Assembly: GCF_035629615.1 (NCBI RefSeq)
Contig: NZ_DASPHO010000392.1
Location: forward strand, 9,761 to 73,760
Direction of reading: 5' to 3'
Origin: Hyalangium sp.
Lineage (GTDB): Bacteria; Myxococcota; Myxococcia; Myxococcales; Myxococcaceae
Length of the DNA stretch: 64,000 nucleotides
Part shown: piece by piece, positions 18,254-26,999 of the stretch
How the letters are laid out: each line of letters starts with the position of its first letter
Numbering within the stretch: position 1 is the first letter of the stretch
The notes under the pieces: model-generated
The model's database searches: none
What the model was told of the DNA's origin: nothing
Seen by the model: the letters and a program-made list of their open reading frames with translations, nothing else
Translations under genes and position numbers: made by a program

Positions 18254-20581
18254 ATGGATTCCAGGTTGCGACAAGCGATCGAGTTCCTGTCCCGAGAAGG
18301 CCAGGTCGAGTGGAGCACCGAGAAGCCCGCACCGGGAGTCGAGCCCGGTCCACGAGAGCTGTTCCTCACCGTGGGGGCCCGAGGCGAGGCCATGCCTGCC
18401 CACCCACGCATGCTGTCCTGGAAGCTGCCGCAGTGGGCCCGGCGCGCGGCGCGCTCCTCCACCAGCGTGGTGCTGATGGCCCGAGCGGAGCTGGACGCCT
18501 TCGCCCTGGAGCTGAAGCGGCAGGAGACCGAGGGGGTGACCGGACCGCTCGTGCTGCGCATCCACGAGGCCACCCTGGATGGGATCGTGGCGGCCCTGCT
18601 GGCCATGTACCGGCTCTTCCATGCCCAGTTCCCCGAGGGAGCCGAGGCGCTCAGCGAGTACGTGGACGCCTGGGAGCAGGGGCAGACCGAGCTGGCGGGA
18701 GAGTACGAGCGGGCCCTCGGGCCGGTGTTCTACGGGGCTCTGCGCCTCTGGCCCTCGCGGAAGGGCCGGCCTGCCCGTGAGGTGCTCGAGCTGCTGGCCG
18801 CCGTGCTGGAGGCGGTGCGCTCTCCCTCGGAGCTGACGAGGCTCCCGGACGCCCTCATCCCCTCGCCGGTCTCCCGGCGGCTGAAGGCGGACGCGCTGCT
18901 GTACCGCGCCGAGCTGTCTCGGGCCCAGCGGGTGCAGCTCGACATCCCGCTCGCCGAGGCGAAGGACGCTCCCGTGAGGCGGGTGGACGCGCTCTTCCTC
19001 TCTTCGTTCCAGGACGTCTCCGTGCTGAAGCTCCTGGCCCGGTCCGACACCGAGCACACCCACTACGGCCAGGGCTTCGACTTCATGGCCATCCACGCTC
19101 CCCAGCTGGAGACGGCCTATTACCGGCACACCTTCACGCTCGCGCCGGAGCGGGCCGGCACCCTGGTGGGGCTGGCGCAGCAGCTGGACACGCTGGAGGG
19201 GGATCGGCTGCCGGACGGCTCCCCTCGGGCCCGAGGGACTCGGCGCTTCGAGCACCAGCCCAATGACTACTCCGATCCCTGGTACACGGACGGCTACACC
19301 AGCGCCGGAGGCCGTGCCACCCTGGTCGCGCCGCCGTACGCCGGCACCCGCCTGACGCGCCGGGAGCTGTGGGAGGCGCTCTGGAGCCGCTTCAACGTCG
19401 GCCGCAACGTCCCCGTCCTCCGGGCCCACACTGTCTACGCCCGGCCCTTCCTGTGGAAGGGGGAGCAGCCGGAGCGGGAGCTCCTGTCGCGAGGGTTCCG
19501 CCGCCGCAACCTCTCGGATCAGGCGGGCACCTTCCACCCCGCGGTGATCCAGTCCTTCCTGGGGGACTCCCAGGAGGCGGACGTGGCGCACCATGAGCTG
19601 TCGGCCGAGGGGCAGACCGTCCACGTCTCCGTCTACCCGAACCGCCTCGTGGTGGTCTGGATCGAGCGGCCCCGGACGGAGGAGATCTCTCTGTACGCGC
19701 TCGCCCAGGAGCAGGCGGCGCTCGCGGAGGGGCGGACGCTCTTAGAGCTGGCGCCCATGAAGGAGCTGAGTCCCTGGCTCGAGCCGCTCGGATCGGAGCG
19801 GTGGCTCGTCTACGGCGCCTACCGGATCTCCCGCAGCCGCTCCTCCATGCTGGACGACTCGCGCGCCATGCAGGGGCTCTTTCACGCGCTGGCCTCGGGG
19901 ACGGTGCCCACGCTGGAGCGGCTGCCCTCGGAGGCCGCATCGGAGAGCCGCCGGGTGCTGAGGGACGCGGCGGGGGAGACGGAGCACTGGCTCACCCCCA
20001 CGGGGGGCGCCCGGCTGGAGCTGCTGCTCGATGCGGAGGAGGGCGCGCCGCTCCGGTGCGATCAGGACTTCCTCCTCTTCCTGCTCGCTACCGGCCAGCG
20101 CTACTCGGCCTTCGAGATCAGCCGGCGCATGGCCGAGGTGGAGCAGCGCTACCGCACCTCGCGCTGGCAGAGCCTGCGGCCGGCGCGCAGCGTCCGCTCG
20201 GATGTGATGATGTTCACCAACTCGCTGTGGCACTCGCGCGTGGGTGAGGATCCGGATCTCAACGCGCGCTACCTCGCGTGGCACTCGATCCACGGGCTGC
20301 AGGAGACGGTGGCGGCGATGAAGGATCAGGCCTCGGAGCTGGACCAGTACAAGCGGGACCAGTTCGATCGGATGGTGGGGCTGCTGGTGTTCGTCTTCCT
20401 GCCCGTGAGCCTGGCGTGCGGCTTCTTCTCTGGGGCCCAGTTCCAGGAGCTCAGCCCCTCGGTGGGCATCCCAGGGGCGACGACGGGCTGGTTCGTCTTC
20501 CTCGGCTACACCGCGGCCTTCACGGTGCTCGTCTTCGGCACGGTGGCTGCGGCACGGCTACTGAGCTGGCGCAGGCGCTGA
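18254..20581 (+). CDS. large hypothetical protein with CorA-like C-terminal two-TM pore module (GMN motif replaced by SGAQ)
   Basis: ATG 18254 (MDSRLRQAIEF...). The C-terminus ...DQFDRMVGLLVFVFLPVSLACGFFSGAQFQEL...GWFVFLGYTAAFTVLVFGTVAAARLLSWRRR matches the CorA layout (..LTxxxxIFLPLTFIAGIYGMNF..TM2..basic tail). The preceding ~690 aa have no motif I recognise. Confidence 0.6.
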   Translation: MDSRLRQAIEFLSREGQVEWSTEKPAPGVEPGPRELFLTVGARGEAMPAHPRMLSWKLPQWARRAARSSTSVVLMARAELDAFALELKRQETEGVTGPLVLRIHEATLDGIVAALLAMYRLFHAQFPEGAEALSEYVDAWEQGQTELAGEYERALGPVFYGALRLWPSRKGRPAREVLELLAAVLEAVRSPSELTRLPDALIPSPVSRRLKADALLYRAELSRAQRVQLDIPLAEAKDAPVRRVDALFLSSFQDVSVLKLLARSDTEHTHYGQGFDFMAIHAPQLETAYYRHTFTLAPERAGTLVGLAQQLDTLEGDRLPDGSPRARGTRRFEHQPNDYSDPWYTDGYTSAGGRATLVAPPYAGTRLTRRELWEALWSRFNVGRNVPVLRAHTVYARPFLWKGEQPERELLSRGFRRRNLSDQAGTFHPAVIQSFLGDSQEADVAHHELSAEGQTVHVSVYPNRLVVVWIERPRTEEISLYALAQEQAALAEGRTLLELAPMKELSPWLEPLGSERWLVYGAYRISRSRSSMLDDSRAMQGLFHALASGTVPTLERLPSEAASESRRVLRDAAGETEHWLTPTGGARLELLLDAEEGAPLRCDQDFLLFLLATGQRYSAFEISRRMAEVEQRYRTSRWQSLRPARSVRSDVMMFTNSLWHSRVGEDPDLNARYLAWHSIHGLQETVAAMKDQASELDQYKRDQFDRMVGLLVFVFLPVSLACGFFSGAQFQELSPSVGIPGATTGWFVFLGYTAAFTVLVFGTVAAARLLSWRRR

Positions 20582-22381
20582 CGGGCTCACGGCCCCCGCT
20601 TCCGGCTCTCGGCGGCAGTGGGGGATATGGTTCTTCAGATACCCGTCGAGATCGCTCTGGCTGCCCTTCAGCTCCAGGAAGCGAGGGGAGAGCGCGTGGA
20701 AGGTGTCGCAGTCCCCCGAGCGCGCGGCGTCCATGCTGGCGCTGACGAGCAGGGTCCGGAGGTACCACCTGGCCTCCTTCTCCTGGCCGCACTTCGCCTC
20801 CAGCTCGAGGTACATCTCGCGCGCCGCCTTGTAGCCCTGGGTCCTCATGCGCCGGTTCGTCTCGTGATCGAAGCCCTCGCGGATGCCCTTGAACTCGCAG
20901 GAGGCCAGGGCCACGTTGTACTGCTTCCCCGCGTTGTCGCGCTGGTTGGGACCCACCCCCAGCGCAGTCTTGATCTTGTCGCTGATCTGCGGGAAGGCCC
21001 TCGAGGTGGGGAAGCGATCGAGGATCATCTGCCACTTCGCGATGGCCTCCTCCACGTGGCCTCGGAGCTGGAGCGCATCTCCATGGAGCTCCAGCACCCG
21101 CCGCACGCGGAACTCCTGCTCCCTGGGCGAGGTGGCCTCGGCCTCCTTGAGGGCCTGCTCCATCAGCTGGAGGCCTTCCGCCATGGCGGTGGGATCCAGA
21201 TCCGCGAGCGTGGGCCCCATCTCCAAAGACTCGGCGTCGCCCCGGGTCCGGCCCAGGAGGATGAACTCCGCCACGGAGAGCGTCGCCTCATCGTCGAACG
21301 ACAGTGAGCCATACTTCGCCACACGCAGGAGCTCCTCGTCCTCGGGGAGGAGCTTCAGGGTCGAGCTCGGGAGGCGGGGGAAGCCCTCCAGGAGCACCTG
21401 GAACCGGCGGAAGTGCTCTCGGCTCTCCTGGACATAGGCCCGCGCCTGCTCGCGCCAGAGCTGCAGCAGGGCGAGGCCCTGGCTCTCGTGGCCGGGCAGG
21501 ATGACGTACGGGTAGCTCTTGGCCAGGTGGGGCCGGAGCATGCGGAGCAGGTACCGCATCCGGACGAGCCGGTAGCCGAGGCGCCTGGCGGACCCATCCT
21601 CATCGAGCCCGGCCTGCTGCGTGGACTGGAGGAACTGCTCGGCACGCTGCCCGAGCGAGTCGCTCGTGCCCGTGAGCGTCTCTTTGCGTTTTGCCTCCGC
21701 GGCCTTGAGCCGGGCGAGGATCTGCTCATGGCGCTCCCGTGCGAGCAGGAACGTGGGCGCCTTGCTGACGACGGCAGCGAGCTGCTTGCGAGCCTCCTCG
21801 AGCTTGCCCTGATCCACCAGATCGATGCCCTTGGAGTAGCTCAGCAGGGTGTCCACGTCCGGGGCCCGGCTCCTGAGCCGGGGCGCGTGGGGGAGCTTCA
21901 GCTCGAGGCCGGTGACAAACCGGGACACGAGCTGCTGCTGAAGCTCGAAGAGCTTGTTCTTCAGGCCGACGACCTGGCCGGTGACGAGGACGTTGCCCGT
22001 GAGGAGCTCGAACATCTTGATGTCGATGCGCAGCTCCGGCTCCATGGACTGGAACGAGCCCGACACCGCGTACTGCGCGCCGACGAGCTTGCCGAGCTTT
22101 ACCGCCGTCTTCTTGTCGAAGTACTTCGTCCGCTGGAGCTTCTGCTCGTCGATGATCTGCTGGAGCTTCTCTCGCTCCACGAGCTGGAGCTGCTCCACGG
22201 AGGACAGGTCCGTGACCATCATGTCCGCGAAGCCCTTCTGCAGGACATCGAGCGAGGCATCCCCGGTGTTGTTGTCGAAGTAGAGGACGGCGACGATCCG
22301 CCTGGTCCCGGTGCTCTCCGCGCGAACGGAGGCAGCCGGGAGGAGCAGGGCACACAGGAAGAAGGCCAGGAGGCGTGACAT
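20558..22381 (-). CDS. CsgG-fold lipoprotein with long C-terminal helical/TPR-like region, long paralogue
   Basis: MSRLLAFFLCALLLPAASVRA signal peptide. IVAVLYFDNNTGD..LQKGFADMMVTDLSS..LQLVEREKLQQIIDEQKL..KLGKLVGAQYAVSGSF is clearly paralogous to 17482..18210. About 430 further helical residues. Confidence 0.75.
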   Translation of the reverse strand: MSRLLAFFLCALLLPAASVRAESTGTRRIVAVLYFDNNTGDASLDVLQKGFADMMVTDLSSVEQLQLVEREKLQQIIDEQKLQRTKYFDKKTAVKLGKLVGAQYAVSGSFQSMEPELRIDIKMFELLTGNVLVTGQVVGLKNKLFELQQQLVSRFVTGLELKLPHAPRLRSRAPDVDTLLSYSKGIDLVDQGKLEEARKQLAAVVSKAPTFLLARERHEQILARLKAAEAKRKETLTGTSDSLGQRAEQFLQSTQQAGLDEDGSARRLGYRLVRMRYLLRMLRPHLAKSYPYVILPGHESQGLALLQLWREQARAYVQESREHFRRFQVLLEGFPRLPSSTLKLLPEDEELLRVAKYGSLSFDDEATLSVAEFILLGRTRGDAESLEMGPTLADLDPTAMAEGLQLMEQALKEAEATSPREQEFRVRRVLELHGDALQLRGHVEEAIAKWQMILDRFPTSRAFPQISDKIKTALGVGPNQRDNAGKQYNVALASCEFKGIREGFDHETNRRMRTQGYKAAREMYLELEAKCGQEKEARWYLRTLLVSASMDAARSGDCDTFHALSPRFLELKGSQSDLDGYLKNHIPHCRREPEAGAVSPSAPAPAQ

Positions 22382-22463
22382 TCGGGCTCTCGGGGACGCA
22401 GACAGCAGCCCCGGTATCACCCGGCTCGCGCAGCCGGTGCAAGGGCCCTCGAGCCCCCGCCTG

Positions 22464-25079
22464 CTACGGCAGGGAGAGGTCGAGGCTCACCCGGACACCG
22501 AAGTTGCACGAGGCCGTGTTGCCCGAAGGATCCGTGGCGGTGCAGGTGACGGGCGTCAGGCCCGGGATGAAGAGCGAGCCGGGAGGATGGCTGCAGGTGA
22601 CCTGCGCCGGGCCGCAGCTATCGGTGGCCGACACGGCGAACTGGACGATGATGGAGATCTCTCCGAGGCTGATCGATGCGTCCACCGAGATGGGGCAGGT
22701 GATGGCGGGCGGCGTGCTATCGCCCTGGACCGTCACGTTGAAGCCGCAGGACTCGCTGTTACCGGAGCCATCCGAAGCGGAGCAGGTGACGGCCGTCTGA
22801 CCCACTGGGAAGGTGGAGCCGGAGGCGTGCGAGCAGGAGACCTGCGCGGGGCCGCAGTTGTCCGTCGCCGGCGTCTGGAAGGACACCTGGGCACCATTCG
22901 GAGCGCAGCTCTCGATCGTCCGCGAAGCCGGGCAGCTCACCGCGGGCTTCGAGGTGTCCACCACGGTGACGTGGCCCACGCACTGCGCGGTGGCGGCCCC
23001 ATCGTTGGCCGTCAACGTCACGGTGTGGCTGCCCAGGCTGAACGTGCCCGGGGGCGACTCGGAGATGGAGAACGGCCCGGGCTGGCTGTCCGGATCGTGG
23101 CTGCCGTTGTCCACGCTGGCGCTGGCCCCGCACTGGGCATCCGCGCTGACAGTCACGTCCTTGCAGAGGGCTACGGGTGGCTGGTTGGCCGGCGGCGGGG
23201 GCTCGCAGGTGAGCTCCACCGTGGTGGAGACGCTGTTGTTGGCCTCGTCGCACTCAGTCTCCCGGTCCGTGCCCGTGCCGTCGTCATCCGCCACGACGAA
23301 GAGCTCGACACTCCCGCCCGAAAGCGCTCCAGAAGTCACGGAGGCCAGGACGCTCGCGCCCGGGGCGATGGCGTCCACGAGGGTGGCCACCCCGATCAGC
23401 GTGCCCCCCGAGGCCGGGTTGCCACGGTAGAAGGCGACCTTGAGCCCCGCGGCGACCGCGGAGGAGCCTTGGTTGCTGACACGCGCGCTGAGCAGGAGGG
23501 TGCCTTCCTCACCACATGCGAGGGACACGGAGGAGGCAACGACGACCAGATCGGAAGCCGCGTAGGAGACGTCGCCCAGGTAGCCCGCCACGTTGGAGCG
23601 GAAGGTGTTGAGGTTCGGCTGCTGCCAGTGGCTCGCCGGGTGGGCTGGGATGCTGCCGTCATTGTTGACGTTGGTGACGGCGTAGGCGTGCTGGTTCCAG
23701 ATCTTCCGCGTGTGCGCCCAGCCCTCCTGCGAGTCGTGGTACACGCGGATGCCGTGGTACGGCGGATACGCCAGATCGTTGGTTGCCACCACCAGATCCG
23801 CGGCGAAGTCGCCATCCACGTCCGCGATGACCGGGTTCTCGTGCGTCGTGCCCGAGCTGTGGCGCGTCTGCCAGCGCACCGCTCCCGTGGCGCCGTTGTA
23901 GATGCGCAGCGACACCTCGTCCGCGAGGACGAGCTCGATGCGGCCATCATGGTCGAAGTCAAAGGCGGTGGCGCCGGCCTTGCCTGAGCTCCAGTCCTGG
24001 ATGGCGCTCGTCCACTTCACGCTGCCGTCCGTCTCGAAGACGGTGAAGGCGTTCTCGCCCGCCACGCCGATCTCCGGCAGGCCGTCATTGTCCACGTCCG
24101 CCAAGGTGGGCCCACCGCCGCAGCCGTTCACGCAGCCGCCGGGGATGTTCACGCTCCACTTCAGCGAGCAGTCGTCATCCAGCAGGCTCACCTTGCCGTG
24201 GCCCGACACGACGATCTCACCCTTGATGTCGCCGTCGAAGTTGCCCACCGCGGACAGACCCTGGGGAACGTTCGTGTTGGCGCACTTCAGGCTGCCATCG
24301 AACCGGTACACGGAGCGGCCGTTGACGACCTCCTGCTTCCCGTCCCCGTCAATGTCCGCCGAGAAGGACACCGGGCCGGTGTGCTGCGCACCGCCCATGC
24401 CATCCGAGCCCACCCACTTCAGCGCGCCCGTGTTGCTGTAGACGCGGTTGCCGTCGAGGATCTCCACGGTGCCGTCACCGTCCAGATCCGCCAGCGAGGG
24501 GCCCCCCCACTCGTTGTAGTCGAAGGCGTCCTCGGCCGAGCGGAACTTGAAGGTGCCGTCGTTCTCGTAGCAGATGATGCCGCGGCCATTCATCGGGATG
24601 CCGCAGATCTCCACCATCGGATCGCCGTCGATGTTGCCCACGGCGATGCTGGCGGCGCCCTTGATGCGGTGGGCCGGATCCGTGACGGCCCACAGGTCGT
24701 GCCCATCGCTGCCGCTGATGGCGCGCAGCACTCCCTCGCGCCAGTCGAAGTCGTCATTGGGGATGTCGCGGAAGGAGCTGAAGATGATGTCCGGGGTGCC
24801 GTCCTGGTTCACGTCCGCGACCGCGGGCGTCATCATCACCTGGTTGAACTCGGGGAGGACGGAGCTGCCCGTCCACGCCCACTGCAGCTCCGGCTCGAAG
24901 TTCGGCGTGAAGGGAGGGACGACCTCGCAGACCCCCTCCAAGTTGTCCGTGTTCCGGTCGTTGAGCTCCTCCGCTCCGCCAGGAACGTCGCAAGCGGATC
25001 CCAGCGTCAGCCCCACCAGTGCGACAAAGACCAGGCTTCGTTGAGCCTGTGTCTCCCGACTGTCGCGTCCATGGTTCAT
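22464..25079 (-). CDS. secreted FG-GAP/VCBS repeat - CARDB-like - tandem HYR domain surface protein
   Basis: GAGGAGG before ATG 25079. Signal/lipobox-like LVGLTLGSAC. Repeated DxDxDG calcium-loop motifs (DVNQDGTPDI, DLDGDGTVEI, DIDGDGKQEV, DVDNDGLPEI, DFDHDGRIEL, DVDGDFAADL). C-terminal Cys-patterned HYR-like repeats (PAVSCP...ATDNCG...VTCSASDGSGN...C.F.V.V). Confidence 0.85.
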   Translation of the reverse strand: MNHGRDSRETQAQRSLVFVALVGLTLGSACDVPGGAEELNDRNTDNLEGVCEVVPPFTPNFEPELQWAWTGSSVLPEFNQVMMTPAVADVNQDGTPDIIFSSFRDIPNDDFDWREGVLRAISGSDGHDLWAVTDPAHRIKGAASIAVGNIDGDPMVEICGIPMNGRGIICYENDGTFKFRSAEDAFDYNEWGGPSLADLDGDGTVEILDGNRVYSNTGALKWVGSDGMGGAQHTGPVSFSADIDGDGKQEVVNGRSVYRFDGSLKCANTNVPQGLSAVGNFDGDIKGEIVVSGHGKVSLLDDDCSLKWSVNIPGGCVNGCGGGPTLADVDNDGLPEIGVAGENAFTVFETDGSVKWTSAIQDWSSGKAGATAFDFDHDGRIELVLADEVSLRIYNGATGAVRWQTRHSSGTTHENPVIADVDGDFAADLVVATNDLAYPPYHGIRVYHDSQEGWAHTRKIWNQHAYAVTNVNNDGSIPAHPASHWQQPNLNTFRSNVAGYLGDVSYAASDLVVVASSVSLACGEEGTLLLSARVSNQGSSAVAAGLKVAFYRGNPASGGTLIGVATLVDAIAPGASVLASVTSGALSGGSVELFVVADDDGTGTDRETECDEANNSVSTTVELTCEPPPPANQPPVALCKDVTVSADAQCGASASVDNGSHDPDSQPGPFSISESPPGTFSLGSHTVTLTANDGAATAQCVGHVTVVDTSKPAVSCPASRTIESCAPNGAQVSFQTPATDNCGPAQVSCSHASGSTFPVGQTAVTCSASDGSGNSESCGFNVTVQGDSTPPAITCPISVDASISLGEISIIVQFAVSATDSCGPAQVTCSHPPGSLFIPGLTPVTCTATDPSGNTASCNFGVRVSLDLSLP

Positions 25080-25094
25080 GTCACGCCTCCTCTG

Positions 25095-25160
25095 CTACGA
25101 GCCTGCCCCGCGGACTGCGGGGCTCAGATACGAGCCAGTCCCGCGGACCGCGGGGCTCAG
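25095..25160. repeat. two tandem copies of a 33-bp unit, each containing a GC hairpin
   Basis: 25095-25127 ctacgagcctgccccgcggactgcggggctcag; 25128-25160 atacgagccagtcccgcggaccgcggggctcag. 29/33 identical by my count. Lies in the 5' leader of the FG-GAP gene (minus strand). Confidence 0.85.
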
Positions 25161-25193
25161 AGGATCTTGGAACAACCCGCTTGCTTGGATCTT

Positions 25194-25222
25194 GGGAAAA
25201 AGAAGGGACTTCCCTCTTTTTC
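25194..25222. terminator. possible bidirectional intrinsic terminator (A-tract / short stem / T-tract)
   Basis: gggAAAAAGAAGGGActTCCCTCTTTTTc in an unusually AT-rich patch downstream of the carboxyltransferase gene. The stem is short and AT-rich, so the call is weak. Confidence 0.3.
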
Positions 25223-25342
25223 GGCTTCAGCTCGTTTTTAGCTGTTTGGGCTGAACTTCTTCGAATCGAGCGCACGGATTCAGCCCAGGAGGAGCAGAGA
25301 GCCTGACATGGGCGCAGGTTGTCTCCTGGGACTTCCAGGGGG

Positions 25343-26926
25343 CTAGACGGGTGAGATTTCCCGGCGGCGGAAGGGGCGCTCGACCTTCTTGTTCGCCGTG
25401 CGCTTGAGCGCCCGAGCCAGCAGCCGTCGTGTGTCTCGCGGATCCACCACGTCATCCACCATCGCCAGGGCGGCCGTGCGCTCGATGCGGATGTGCTGGC
25501 GCAGGTTCTCCGCCAGTTCCTTCTTCAGGGCCTCAGCCGCCTCGGGACTCTCCGCGCTCTGCAGCAGCTTGCGCGCGGCGATCGACACCATGCCCTCCGG
25601 CCCCATCACCCCGATCTCCGCTCCCGGCCAGGCAAGCAGCAGGTCCGGCTCGAAGGCGCGCCCGTTCATCACGTAGTAGCCCGCGCCGTAGCCCTTGCGC
25701 ACCACCACTGTGAACTTGGGCACGGTGGCGCTCGCCACCGCGTACATCATCTTCGCCCCGTGGCGGATGATGCCCTGCTGCTCGACCTTGGTGCCCACCA
25801 TGAAGCCGGGCACGTCCTGCAGGAACAGCAGCGGGAGGTTGAAGGCGTCGCACAGGTTGATGAAGCGCGCCGCCTTGTCCGCCGCGTTCACGTCCAGGAT
25901 GCCGCCCAGGTACATCGAGTTGTTCGCCACGATGCCCATCGGGTAGCCGTCGATGCGCGCCAGCCCCGTGATGACGTTGCGCGCCCAGCGAGGCTTCAGC
26001 GGGAAGAACTTCCGGTCATCCACCAGCGACAGGATGACCTTGTGCATGTCGAACGCCTGGCGCGGGCTGTCCGGCACGACTTTCAGGAGCTCCTCGTCGC
26101 GCCGATCGAAGGGATCCGACGAGGGCCGGCGCGGCGGCTTGTCCTCGCAGTGCGAGGGGAAGAAGGACAGGTACTCGCGCACCGCCTCGATGCACGCCTT
26201 GTCGTCCGCGTACTCCGCGTCTGCCACGCCGGAGAGCTCGTTGTGCACCTTGGAGCCGCCCAGCTCCTCCTCCGTCACCTTCTCGCCCACCACGGACTCC
26301 ACCAGGTACGGGCCGCCGATGGCGATCGAGCTCGTCCCCTTCACCATGGGCAGGAAGTCCGCCAGCGCCGGGATGTACGCGGTGCCCGCGGCTCCCGGTC
26401 CCATCATCGCCGCCACCTGGGGGACTACCCCGCTCATCACCACCTGCTCACGGAAGAGGTAGCCCGTGTCCGCGAAGCCCGCGATGCGCCGGGGATCGAT
26501 CCCCGCGGACGCGTCCAGCCGAGCCCCCCCCGAGTCCACCAGCCACACCATGGGGATCCGGTTCTTGAGTGCCAGATCCCTCAGCCGGGCGACCTTGCGC
26601 TCGCCGATCTCGCCGATCGATCCGCCGAACACCGTGAAGTCGTAGATGGCCGCGGCCACCGGGCGGCCGCCGATCTCGCCCGTGCCGGTGATCACCCCGT
26701 CCGCCGAGGAGGGCTTGTCTGCCTCGTCCTCCTCCGGGAGGTTGCCGTGGTGCGCCGCCAGCAGCCCCAGCTCTTCGAACGTTCCCGGATCGAAGAGGAG
26801 CGTCAGGCGCGAGCGAGCATCCAGCTTGCCCTTGGCGCGCTGGCGCTCGACGCGCTCGGGGCCTCCCATGCCCTCGTTGCGGCGGCGGTGCTCGGCGAGC
26901 TTCTCCACGCGATCCTTCATCTTCAT
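25343..26926 (-). CDS. acyl-CoA carboxylase carboxyltransferase (propionyl-/methylmalonyl-CoA carboxyltransferase beta-type) subunit
   Basis: Start MKMKDRVEKLAEHRR. GKLDARSRLTLLFDPGTFEELG, FTVFGGSIGE, VWLVDSGGARL, FLQDVPGFMVG are typical carboxyltransferase motifs. The ORF continues upstream to 27205, but that extension is non-homologous. Confidence 0.9.
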   Translation of the reverse strand: MKMKDRVEKLAEHRRRNEGMGGPERVERQRAKGKLDARSRLTLLFDPGTFEELGLLAAHHGNLPEEDEADKPSSADGVITGTGEIGGRPVAAAIYDFTVFGGSIGEIGERKVARLRDLALKNRIPMVWLVDSGGARLDASAGIDPRRIAGFADTGYLFREQVVMSGVVPQVAAMMGPGAAGTAYIPALADFLPMVKGTSSIAIGGPYLVESVVGEKVTEEELGGSKVHNELSGVADAEYADDKACIEAVREYLSFFPSHCEDKPPRRPSSDPFDRRDEELLKVVPDSPRQAFDMHKVILSLVDDRKFFPLKPRWARNVITGLARIDGYPMGIVANNSMYLGGILDVNAADKAARFINLCDAFNLPLLFLQDVPGFMVGTKVEQQGIIRHGAKMMYAVASATVPKFTVVVRKGYGAGYYVMNGRAFEPDLLLAWPGAEIGVMGPEGMVSIAARKLLQSAESPEAAEALKKELAENLRQHIRIERTAALAMVDDVVDPRDTRRLLARALKRTANKKVERPFRRREISPV

Positions 26927-26999
26927 TTCGGCGGACTCCCAGAGGTTGACTCCCGAATCAAACCCCCTTGCGGGGGCAACCGGAAGGGTAGAGTGAGGC

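Noticed and set aside
25095-25160. Possible CRISPR array.
   Set aside because: There are only two directly adjacent 33-bp copies with no spacers and no cas genes anywhere in the window. I treat it as a tandem leader repeat instead.
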